A stretch of 43,606 nt of DNA from Anaerolinea sp. (GTDB lineage: Bacteria > Chloroflexota > Anaerolineae > Anaerolineales > UBA4823). Positions 1 to 7,842 of the stretch are shown piece by piece; the first letter of the stretch is position 1, and every line of letters begins with the position of its first letter. The position numbers were made by a program, and so were the translations under genes. The stretch covers positions 15,718-59,323 of the forward strand of contig DYKV01000002.1 in the NCBI GenBank assembly GCA_020722415.1. The letters run 5' to 3'. The notes beneath the pieces are model-generated. The model saw only the letters and a program-made list of their open reading frames with translations, searched no databases and was not told the DNA's origin.

Positions 1-115
1 TGAACTCTTGGCAAAAGGGGGTGGCAATTTACGTGTCACCCGCCAATATGCTGAACTCTTGGCAAAAGGGGGTGGCAATTTACGTGTCACCCGCCAATAT
101 GCTGAAGTCTTGGCA
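1..115 (+). repeat. 51-bp tandem repeat (2 exact copies plus a partial third), in frame, encoding ELLAKGGGNLRVTRQYA
   Basis: TGAACTCTTGGCAAAAGGGGGTGGCAATTTACGTGTCACCCGCCAATATGC at 1-51 and 52-102, then TGAAGTCTTGGCA. Confidence 0.95.
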
Positions 116-1432
116 CCTATTAGCGCTATATATGAGGAGAATGTAAATGAATCGCTCACGTTCAATGATGTAGTTGGTGGAGTATCATATGATGAATTAG
201 TAAATGATACACTTACATTTGATGAATGGGTTAGTGGGCCCTTTTTTGTAAGTGTTAGTGACTCTCTTAGTTTTACGGAGACTTTAATCCGTGTGCATAC
301 TGCCGAGGCATCGGATAGCCTTGCATTTGGTGAAAATGTTTTGACATTTCTTATTGTTGGCGATTTTATTCCTATTGCAGAGTCGCTGACTATCACCGAT
401 GCAGTGTATGTTGAAACTGGTAACTGGCGGTATACCAGCACAACATTGAGCATAAGTGATTCTGCTGATTGGCGTGGTCCTCGTTATGCGTCGGCATCCT
501 CGGCTTTTTCAATTTATGACCATGTTCCAACTCCATTTTATTTGGATTTGGAAAATGAACTTGATTTTGATGATTTTGCTGGCAGAGGGATTTGTATTGT
601 TACAACTAGTGAACTTAATTTTTATGATGAGCTATCCAGATTATGTTATTATACTACAACAACTTTTCAGATCGACCAATATGTAAACGCAGCCAAATCA
701 GGTGGCGCAATTGTTACTACAATAGAGGTCGATGGCGCGATTCAGTTACTTGCAGATTATGTTCGCTCTCTAACGACTGATACTGGGCTTGGTCATTCAT
801 TAACATATTTCATTGCTTCACCATGTAGCGACAAAGAGTATGGGTTATTCATTGGCGAGTCTACACTTAGTACCTCACCAGGATTACCCGGGGAGGCATT
901 ACCGCTGGCCCAAGGTTTACCAGTTGGCACAAGATTTATGCTTGCCTATCCTGGTCGAGGTGGGGCTACTGATACCGTTACATTGAGGGCACCAAATTTT
1001 GGTAATTTGGATAGATTCTCAATGGATCGTATCAATCGTGAAACTCGTGGTGGTAATATAATAATCTATGCTGATCCAAACTGGCCTAAAGTTCAAGTTG
1101 TTAGTGTCTCTTTGTCTGGTTTGACTAAAACTGAGGTAAATGATTTACAACGCTTCCTATCCGAACATCTTGGTGAAGAAGTTCATGTGACTGATTGGGA
1201 GGGGCGCGAGTGGCTGGCAGTAATTACAACACCAAACGATCCAGCAACAAACGATGGTCAGGATAATTGGAGCATGGGTTTTGAGTTTGAAGGCACCTTA
1301 TTCGATGGTTATCAGCCAGGTGAGGCTGCAACGATTCAGGATACAGTCTTATTTATGCTTCACAGACAACGAGAGGCTTCGGAATCACTTGAAATTATCC
1401 ATAGTGTAACTTACTTGCATATCCCAGCATAA
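1..1432 (+). CDS. Putative tail/virion protein, 5'-truncated by window edge; N-terminal repeats plus C-terminal Dit-like domain
   Basis: Open frame from the window start; acidic, S/T/V-rich ~17-20 aa repeats (VNESLTFND, VNDTLTFDE, VSDSLSFTE, ASDSLAFGE, IAESLTITD); C-terminal region resembles the next ORF; first of three tightly packed tail-like genes. Confidence 0.6.
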   Translation, partial: ELLAKGGGNLRVTRQYAELLAKGGGNLRVTRQYAEVLAPISAIYEENVNESLTFNDVVGGVSYDELVNDTLTFDEWVSGPFFVSVSDSLSFTETLIRVHTAEASDSLAFGENVLTFLIVGDFIPIAESLTITDAVYVETGNWRYTSTTLSISDSADWRGPRYASASSAFSIYDHVPTPFYLDLENELDFDDFAGRGICIVTTSELNFYDELSRLCYYTTTTFQIDQYVNAAKSGGAIVTTIEVDGAIQLLADYVRSLTTDTGLGHSLTYFIASPCSDKEYGLFIGESTLSTSPGLPGEALPLAQGLPVGTRFMLAYPGRGGATDTVTLRAPNFGNLDRFSMDRINRETRGGNIIIYADPNWPKVQVVSVSLSGLTKTEVNDLQRFLSEHLGEEVHVTDWEGREWLAVITTPNDPATNDGQDNWSMGFEFEGTLFDGYQPGEAATIQDTVLFMLHRQREASESLEIIHSVTYLHIPA

Positions 1433-1434
1433 TT

Positions 1435-1818
1435 ATGTTTCGAATTGAAGCACCATACCCGGCTCCGTCTACAACGGCTATTTTACCCAGCCCACAGTGG
1501 GGTGACTCGCGTGAGCTTGTGTCTGCTATTAGCACAATGCACACGATGAATGGCACTCTATACACATATATCAAACGGAAGAAAGCCCGAAAGAAATTGG
1601 TATGGGATTTTGAGATTGCACGTAACAAAGCCTTGGAGCTTCGTGCGTTTTTCAATATTTATTATCGAACTAAAGTGCGTATTATTGACCATGACAATGT
1701 GACATGGATTGGTTACTTGATAAATAATCCTTTTGAGTTCACTGGTAAAGCCAGAGCACTTGGTTTTCCTGGTAATGAAACAATGAATGTGACAATTGAA
1801 TTTGAAGAGGCCGACTAA
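1435..1818 (+). CDS. Putative distal-tail (Dit-like) protein
   Basis: 127 aa ending in VTIEFEE, directly upstream of and overlapping a large hub-like gene, the usual Dit-Tal order. Confidence 0.5.
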   Translation: MFRIEAPYPAPSTTAILPSPQWGDSRELVSAISTMHTMNGTLYTYIKRKKARKKLVWDFEIARNKALELRAFFNIYYRTKVRIIDHDNVTWIGYLINNPFEFTGKARALGFPGNETMNVTIEFEEAD

Positions 1819-4760
1819 TGCGTACAATATCATCAGCCGCACAGGCACACATGCAGAAACAACATGGCTGTGAACCAATGTTTATTGTTGGTGTGCGGTG
1901 GTCTGCTGCCAGTCAAGAAATCTTGTATGCTGATCAAGAAGTGCCTGAAAGTGAAGGGTTACAAGTTCGTCCACAAGTTGTTGAGATTAGTGAATTTGAT
2001 GCTGCATTAAAGATTAGCGGATCAAGTGACTCTCAATCAATTAGCATTGTGCTGGATGATGTTGATGGGGCTTTGAAGTTAATTTTGGATACTGTAGATA
2101 TTCATAATGCGACATGTAATATCTATCAGCATTTCAAAGGGCTGTCACTAGCTCATAAGTTTCTTTTATTTCAAGGCAAGATTGTTACACCAGTGGAATG
2201 GGATGAAGGTGCTAGAACATTACGCTTTGATGTAATGACTCAATTAGATGAGATTGAAGTCGGTTTTTCAATGGAAGAAGGACACTTTCCGCATATACCA
2301 GAAGATGCATTAGGTAAAGTGTGGCCTCTTGTTTTTGGTTCAGTTTGTAATATGCAAGCAGTTCAGGTTCGTTCTCCTAGGCGTGGGACGCTATTACAAG
2401 GCGAGGGGATTGTTGATTTTACTTTACCGCACAGGATTTGTCAAGCACAATACATTCAGTGCCCTAGTGTGCCTGCTGGGGAAAAACAAACACTTACGCC
2501 TAATGGAAATGGTGGATATACTTTTGTAACCGCACAATCTTATGCACCTGATCGAACATGTGTTGAGAGTCGGTTTAATACTTTCTGTGAATTGACAGAC
2601 TTACTTGCACAGCAACAAGCATATGAGCATACATATCTTTTGGTTCGTGGTGGTGAGAATTTTCCACAAGGCGAAACTATTGTATTGAATGTAAATAATG
2701 CGAAATTTTGGGGTTATTTTACAAATGAAACATTTCATATTACAAGTCGTATGCATCCTGAATATGAAGAGATATGGCCTACAATAGTTGCTCATCCATG
2801 TAAAGCTATTGATGATTTTGCATATGGACCAGCACGATGGCATTATCATAGTGGATGGACTTTGAATAGTGCTGGTACAACGTGGTATGTTGATCCAGCT
2901 ACATTTCCATATGAAGATTGTAATGATGAGGGCCTAGTAAGTCAAACCAGTGATGGTGGTGCATCGGCATCACAAAAATATTTTGATGAGATGCCAACTT
3001 CCAGTTTCGTTTGGCTACCAGCAGGCACCGAAGTCTTTTTGGAAGATGAGGCTGAGATTCTGTATATTGTTAGCTTGATTCCAGGGACCGTGAATAATGT
3101 AGCAGCATACAAAACACAACCATCGGGACGCGCGTTATTGACTACGGTGCCTACTGATTACTATACTATTTATGAGACTGATTATGCTGGTTATCAAGTA
3201 GTTGAGATCGGTCTTAAGAAACCTTTGAGCCTGTATGATGCTAATTGGCACGATGATCTGTATGTGTCATTTACATCAGATGTTGGGCCTAATCCTGTGG
3301 ATATAATCATTTGGTTGCTGAATAAATATACTAATTTGTCATATGATACAACAACCTTTAATGCTGTTCGCACAAGCCTTACAAACTACCCAGCGAATTT
3401 TTGGGTGAAAGAACGGTTGAATGTTTGGCAGTTGATCCAGGATATTGCTTATCAAGCTCGTTGTGCTGTGTATGTGCGAGCAGATAAAGTGTATATTGTT
3501 TATTTGCCTTCTGAACCAACTTCTATTCGTACTTTAACTGAGAATGATATTATTGCAAAATCATTAAAAGTTGTGTTGACGCCTACTGAGGAAATTGCAA
3601 CAAAACATGTCATCACTTGGCAGGCAGGCGAAGCAGGTATTGAAGACACTGACCCCATTCAGCACAAGATTGTATTAAAGCATAACATTCAAAAGTATGG
3701 TATTCATTCAAAAGAAGTGACCTACTACACGCAAAATACATATGATACTATTTTAAAGTCGGCTACCTTTTGGATGATTCGAGACTCTAATGTTTGGAAA
3801 AAAGTAGAGTTTGAAACACCACTTTTACATCTTGATTTAGATTTATTCGACTGTGTAACAATTGATTTATCTGTATTTGGTGGCCCGATTAAGGGTATAA
3901 TTACCAATGCACAGTATCGAAGTAGCTCGAACACAATACACTTTGAATGTATGACTCCAATTAAATCAGGCGAAACAGCCGCGTATCCTTTCTTTTGGCC
4001 AGCGGCTGTTAATCCGCGATTGATGTTTCCATTGGAGACTGAGGAACAGTATTCAGGTGCAGGCTATGATTTTGAAGTGTCACCACCAGCTAACCATATC
4101 TTAGCAGGTGGTGATGTAACTGACATTGCTGATAGAATTGTGATTATGACCAGCGGTGATCCATTTCCATCTGATCTAGATGATACGTACCCTTCAATAT
4201 TGTGTCTTGATTCGAGTGCCCAGGAAATTAAAGAACCTGATCCTGTATTTGAAGCATTTAGGCGGGCAGCTAACAATAGTTATCAAGCTGCTGATGCTCT
4301 TACAAATTCAGGCGTAGGAAATGGTGGGACATCACAGAATAAAAAGAAACGGCGCACGGCGTGCGGTAGTCCAGTATATGGTGCTGGCTGTATCTATGAA
4401 GTAAACGTTATATATGTAACTCCTGATCTTGTAGCAAACCCCTGTCATTATATTGGTTGTCGTCATGGTACCGGGAACCCATGTACTGGTACAGTGGTTG
4501 GTATGTGTCATTCATTTAGAGCATTATTTGCTGCATCAATGTTTTATTACCAGAAACGAGCAGAAATTGATGCTTTGAAATCTGGCTGTGGTCATTATCA
4601 AACCGGAGTAACTGCTCCATACTCTCTTGGTTTTGCCCCTATATGGATTGTGGATGATCCAACTGATTCCCAAAGGTGCGAAAGTCTTCCAGATTTTCCG
4701 GGTGATCCCAATGCTCCGGGTGCAAATGAAGGTGAAACTTTTGAACCACATACTTTTTAA
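1818..4760 (+). CDS. Putative baseplate hub / tail tip protein
   Basis: 980 aa; N-terminal 'MRTISSAAQA' and 'SISIVLDDVDG', 'GKVWPLVFG', 'NPVDIIIWLL', 'LDLFDCVTID' patterns typical of phage hub/tail-tip proteins; Cys/Gly-rich C-terminal extension. Confidence 0.6.
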   Translation: MRTISSAAQAHMQKQHGCEPMFIVGVRWSAASQEILYADQEVPESEGLQVRPQVVEISEFDAALKISGSSDSQSISIVLDDVDGALKLILDTVDIHNATCNIYQHFKGLSLAHKFLLFQGKIVTPVEWDEGARTLRFDVMTQLDEIEVGFSMEEGHFPHIPEDALGKVWPLVFGSVCNMQAVQVRSPRRGTLLQGEGIVDFTLPHRICQAQYIQCPSVPAGEKQTLTPNGNGGYTFVTAQSYAPDRTCVESRFNTFCELTDLLAQQQAYEHTYLLVRGGENFPQGETIVLNVNNAKFWGYFTNETFHITSRMHPEYEEIWPTIVAHPCKAIDDFAYGPARWHYHSGWTLNSAGTTWYVDPATFPYEDCNDEGLVSQTSDGGASASQKYFDEMPTSSFVWLPAGTEVFLEDEAEILYIVSLIPGTVNNVAAYKTQPSGRALLTTVPTDYYTIYETDYAGYQVVEIGLKKPLSLYDANWHDDLYVSFTSDVGPNPVDIIIWLLNKYTNLSYDTTTFNAVRTSLTNYPANFWVKERLNVWQLIQDIAYQARCAVYVRADKVYIVYLPSEPTSIRTLTENDIIAKSLKVVLTPTEEIATKHVITWQAGEAGIEDTDPIQHKIVLKHNIQKYGIHSKEVTYYTQNTYDTILKSATFWMIRDSNVWKKVEFETPLLHLDLDLFDCVTIDLSVFGGPIKGIITNAQYRSSSNTIHFECMTPIKSGETAAYPFFWPAAVNPRLMFPLETEEQYSGAGYDFEVSPPANHILAGGDVTDIADRIVIMTSGDPFPSDLDDTYPSILCLDSSAQEIKEPDPVFEAFRRAANNSYQAADALTNSGVGNGGTSQNKKKRRTACGSPVYGAGCIYEVNVIYVTPDLVANPCHYIGCRHGTGNPCTGTVVGMCHSFRALFAASMFYYQKRAEIDALKSGCGHYQTGVTAPYSLGFAPIWIVDDPTDSQRCESLPDFPGDPNAPGANEGETFEPHTF

Positions 4761-4768
4761 GGTTAAAC

Positions 4769-5155
4769 ATGAAAGAACATTTGTGTGAATATCAAGACTC
4801 TCTTTTAGTTACTGGCGCTGAATCATATGTTTTGTCAAGATGTGTCAATTCACAATGCCCGATGAAGTATAGCCCCATTAATAAAGCTATTTGTATGGAG
4901 TGTTCATTCCGGGTGCCTCCAACACAGGCGGCTCAAGATGATCGTCAAAGTAGATTACCAGCGGTTCCAAATCTTGATTTAGTCAAAAAACGTGATGATG
5001 GAGAAGTTTTGGAGCTTATGACAAAGTATTGTTATCGGTGTAAATTTTATAATCGACAATTGCATATTTGTACAGCATGTGATTGTCTTGCATTTGAATC
5101 AATTAATGATAAAGCTGTGGATGCAACATTTCATTGCCCGTTAAAGGTATGGTAA
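4769..5155 (+). CDS. Cys-rich putative metal-binding protein
   Basis: Ends CYRC..CTACDC...K....HCPLKVW, a CxxC/CxxCxC/CPxxxW pattern recurrent in phage proteins. Confidence 0.6.
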   Translation: MKEHLCEYQDSLLVTGAESYVLSRCVNSQCPMKYSPINKAICMECSFRVPPTQAAQDDRQSRLPAVPNLDLVKKRDDGEVLELMTKYCYRCKFYNRQLHICTACDCLAFESINDKAVDATFHCPLKVW

Positions 5156-5156
5156 T

Positions 5157-5879
5157 ATGCAACTTCCTTGTGAAAAACGACGACGTATACTTCGACGCAA
5201 TCATGATGGCACTGAGCGAGAATTATTTAGATGTGCACATGGTATGGCGGATACTTATGGTAAGGAAGTGTCTGATGATATTTGTCAAGCATGTGTTCTT
5301 AGGATTGCAGGCTTAACTAAGTTACAATCATTATGCAACCAAGCCGCCCCATCTGCTCCAAGCTATGAGCAGCCAGTATTTGGACCTAATTTGGAAATCA
5401 TTTACAAGAAACAGGTAGGGGTTGATCCTCCTCCTTGTCCAGAAGGGTATCATCCTAGTCCAACAAATAATTGGGAGTTTATTTCTGACTGGATTGCATG
5501 TCCAAAACGGATATTCAATAACATACTTGATAAGTCAGGAGCTATTATAGTACAGGCGACATGCAGTTTGACAAATCAGCCTGTAAGTTGCTCAGATTGC
5601 TCTATGTGTAGTGCTTCATTACCACCAGACTACCCAGGTTTCCAGACACAATTAAACAATTACTGGGAGGCTATTAAGCGGTGGGTGTCGGCAGGCAGGC
5701 CAGAACGGTCTGCGGAAGAAGTCAAATTGATTCATGAAAAGCATTGCGTGAAATGTAGCTGGTATGATGCCGAGGCACAACGCTGCCGTGGCTGTGGGTG
5801 TAAAGTGCGGGCTGAAGGGATTGCAATTTTTAACAAAATCAAAATGGCTACGGAGCATTGCCCGCAACATTTATGGTAA
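5157..5879 (+). CDS. Multi-domain Cys-rich putative metal-binding protein
   Basis: Three Cys clusters; C-terminal CVKC..CRGCGC...KIKMATEHCPQHLW, same family as the preceding ORF. Confidence 0.65.
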   Translation: MQLPCEKRRRILRRNHDGTERELFRCAHGMADTYGKEVSDDICQACVLRIAGLTKLQSLCNQAAPSAPSYEQPVFGPNLEIIYKKQVGVDPPPCPEGYHPSPTNNWEFISDWIACPKRIFNNILDKSGAIIVQATCSLTNQPVSCSDCSMCSASLPPDYPGFQTQLNNYWEAIKRWVSAGRPERSAEEVKLIHEKHCVKCSWYDAEAQRCRGCGCKVRAEGIAIFNKIKMATEHCPQHLW

Positions 5880-5888
5880 GCAGCAAGA

Positions 5889-6461
5889 ATGGTTGCTCGT
5901 ATGGATTTTTCTTGGCTCTCAGATATATTCAACGGGATACTTAAATTTATTCCGCGACCGGTTATTGTTCGAGCAACACATGGCGGTATTAAATGGGTAT
6001 TTGGAAAAAGAGTACGTGAATTAAAACCTGGATGGCATTTTGTATGGCCGTTAACAACTGACTGGGAAATCATTGTTACCGCACGCCAGACGAATAATCT
6101 TCCTAATCAAGCACTTGTGACAAGCGACAAGCATCAAGTTGTTGTTGGAGCCTTAATCGTATTCTCAGTGAAAGATATTATTCAGGCTATTGGCGAACGT
6201 AACTGGGACGTTGGAACAACTGTAAACGATATTGCACAGGCAGCAATCGTCAGCGTAGTGACAAAATGGCCATTAGATGATCTACTTATAAATTTGACCA
6301 GCAAGGTCGAAGAGGAATTAACTGAGGCATGTAGAAAGCAGCTTCGACAATTTGGTGTATCTGTACACCGATGCTGTTTTACTGACTTTGCTCCGTGTCG
6401 TATTTACAAACTAATGGGAGCGGAGAAGCCACCAGCTTTCAACAGTGCCGAGGGATACTAA
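5889..6461 (+). CDS. SPFH/Band 7 (stomatin/prohibitin-like) domain protein
   Basis: GIKWVFGK..LKPGWHFVWP, QTNNLPNQALVTSD, L..FGVSV....TD motifs. Confidence 0.85.
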   Translation: MVARMDFSWLSDIFNGILKFIPRPVIVRATHGGIKWVFGKRVRELKPGWHFVWPLTTDWEIIVTARQTNNLPNQALVTSDKHQVVVGALIVFSVKDIIQAIGERNWDVGTTVNDIAQAAIVSVVTKWPLDDLLINLTSKVEEELTEACRKQLRQFGVSVHRCCFTDFAPCRIYKLMGAEKPPAFNSAEGY

Positions 6462-6510
6462 GCGTATTGGGCTTAGACATTGCGGTGCTTTATTGGTGGC
6501 TTCCCGCTCA

Positions 6511-7137
6511 TTAAAATAATGGGATGCGTAGTAGATTTTGATACACCTTCGCTGTGGCAAGTGCATCGTGCAATGCGTCATGGGCCTTCTCCAATGTAAT
6601 GCCAAAGTACTTGCACATGCCGGTGAGTGAAAGTGTTTTAAATGGTAGATCATCCCCTCTGATATATGCTCTATCATTGGCTGCAAGAGCCATGAGCATT
6701 GTATCCCGCGGGTGTGGGTGCCAATAATGATCGAATCCTTCTAGTCCCAACCATGCTCGCAAGAATCCTGCTTCAAATACCCAATTATGAGCCAATGGTA
6801 CAAGACATTTTCGGTAGGGTAGCCGAAGTCGTTGAACCCATTCGTCAAATAAATCTGCAACTCGCCAAGCATCAAGTGATTCACGCGCGATTGTAGCAAC
6901 ATCAAGATGGTTTCTGTTAATCGCCAGTTTCTCAACTCTATCAAGGTGCTGAGGGGCAATATTCATGTAGAACGGCAGTATATTATCCAAAGGCTCAATA
7001 TTTGAGTCGAGTGGTACAATTGCAATCTGAATGATTTCGTGATACCCTGGCATACGCCCAGTGGTTTCCAAGTCAACTGCACAAAGCAAGTTTCCATTGA
7101 AATGCCTGAAACTGCTATAAATAATGTCTGTTTGCAT
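6511..7137 (-). CDS. DEDDh 3'-5' exonuclease (DnaQ/RNase T-like)
   Basis: ExoI VDLETTG..HEIIQIA, ExoII AHNWVFE, ExoIII AHDALHDA. Confidence 0.9.
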   Translation of the reverse strand: MQTDIIYSSFRHFNGNLLCAVDLETTGRMPGYHEIIQIAIVPLDSNIEPLDNILPFYMNIAPQHLDRVEKLAINRNHLDVATIARESLDAWRVADLFDEWVQRLRLPYRKCLVPLAHNWVFEAGFLRAWLGLEGFDHYWHPHPRDTMLMALAANDRAYIRGDDLPFKTLSLTGMCKYFGITLEKAHDALHDALATAKVYQNLLRIPLF

Positions 7138-7139
7138 AA

Positions 7140-7622
7140 TTAACCTTTGCGCTTTTGCTTCTTTGCCTTTTTTGTTTTTGGTGCTAGTTTATATGCTAAT
7201 CCTTCACTAGGATTTGTTGGGTCAACACAAAGTGGGTTATCACTAATTTCCAGTGGGTTCCACGGAAGGTCATTCAATTCTGGAGGTAGCAATCCTTCCT
7301 CGATTCTTATACGAGTTTCAATAAGTCCAAGAAAATTCCAGCAAGCCATTGCATCGTGTGGCTCATCACGGTCGCCCCTCAAATACTTCATAGCGTGCCG
7401 CAGCCCACTATCAAGATAACGGCTGAGAGGAATCCCTTTTTCCCAATTTCTGGCAGCATATTTCTTTGCACCGCTTTCATATACTTTTGCGACTTCAAAT
7501 AAGGCTCGCACGGGTAGCAAATCCATTCGACCCTTTCCCTCTTGTAAGTCTCTTTGAGCTCCAGTTCCAAATTTAGAACGCTGTCCTGAATCTTTGAAGC
7601 TCCAACTTGGTTTCTTAGGCAT
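7140..7622 (-). CDS. dATP/dGTP diphosphohydrolase-like protein (DUF5664 family)
   Basis: FGTGAQRD..GKGRMDLLP, GAKKYAARNWEKGIP, DSGLRH, DEPH...CWN; start at ATG 7622 with GGAG 9 nt upstream. Confidence 0.85.
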   Translation of the reverse strand: MPKKPSWSFKDSGQRSKFGTGAQRDLQEGKGRMDLLPVRALFEVAKVYESGAKKYAARNWEKGIPLSRYLDSGLRHAMKYLRGDRDEPHDAMACWNFLGLIETRIRIEEGLLPPELNDLPWNPLEISDNPLCVDPTNPSEGLAYKLAPKTKKAKKQKRKG

Positions 7623-7641
7623 TTGTTGTAACTCCACGATG

Positions 7642-7842
7642 CTAATACAAGGAATTAAGGTCGCCATTGTCCTCTTCAAATTCTTCAATCGACAAGATTA
7701 CAATATAGTCGCCTCCATGCTGTTTCGCAAAGTTTTTATTATTTAATGGTAGCGGACCATTCATTCGTAACTCACATACTAGGTAAGCGTGATCAGGATA
7801 CTTGTCTGATTTCTTGAATACTTGTACAATATAATCATTCAT
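7642..7842 (-). CDS. Hypothetical protein
   Basis: 66 aa; start overlaps the primase stop (ATGA) and fills the gap in the minus-strand operon. Confidence 0.55.
   Translation of the reverse strand: MNDYIVQVFKKSDKYPDHAYLVCELRMNGPLPLNNKNFAKQHGGDYIVILSIEEFEEDNGDLNSLY

Noticed and set aside
1-115. CRISPR array
   Set aside because: Repeats are contiguous with no spacers, 51 bp (17 codons) long and in frame in a gene
1-6461. Diversity-generating retroelement acting on tail genes
   Set aside because: No reverse transcriptase and no TR/VR pair differing at adenines was seen
6462-6510. Bidirectional terminator between convergent SPFH and exonuclease genes
   Set aside because: No convincing stem-loop with T tracts found by eye
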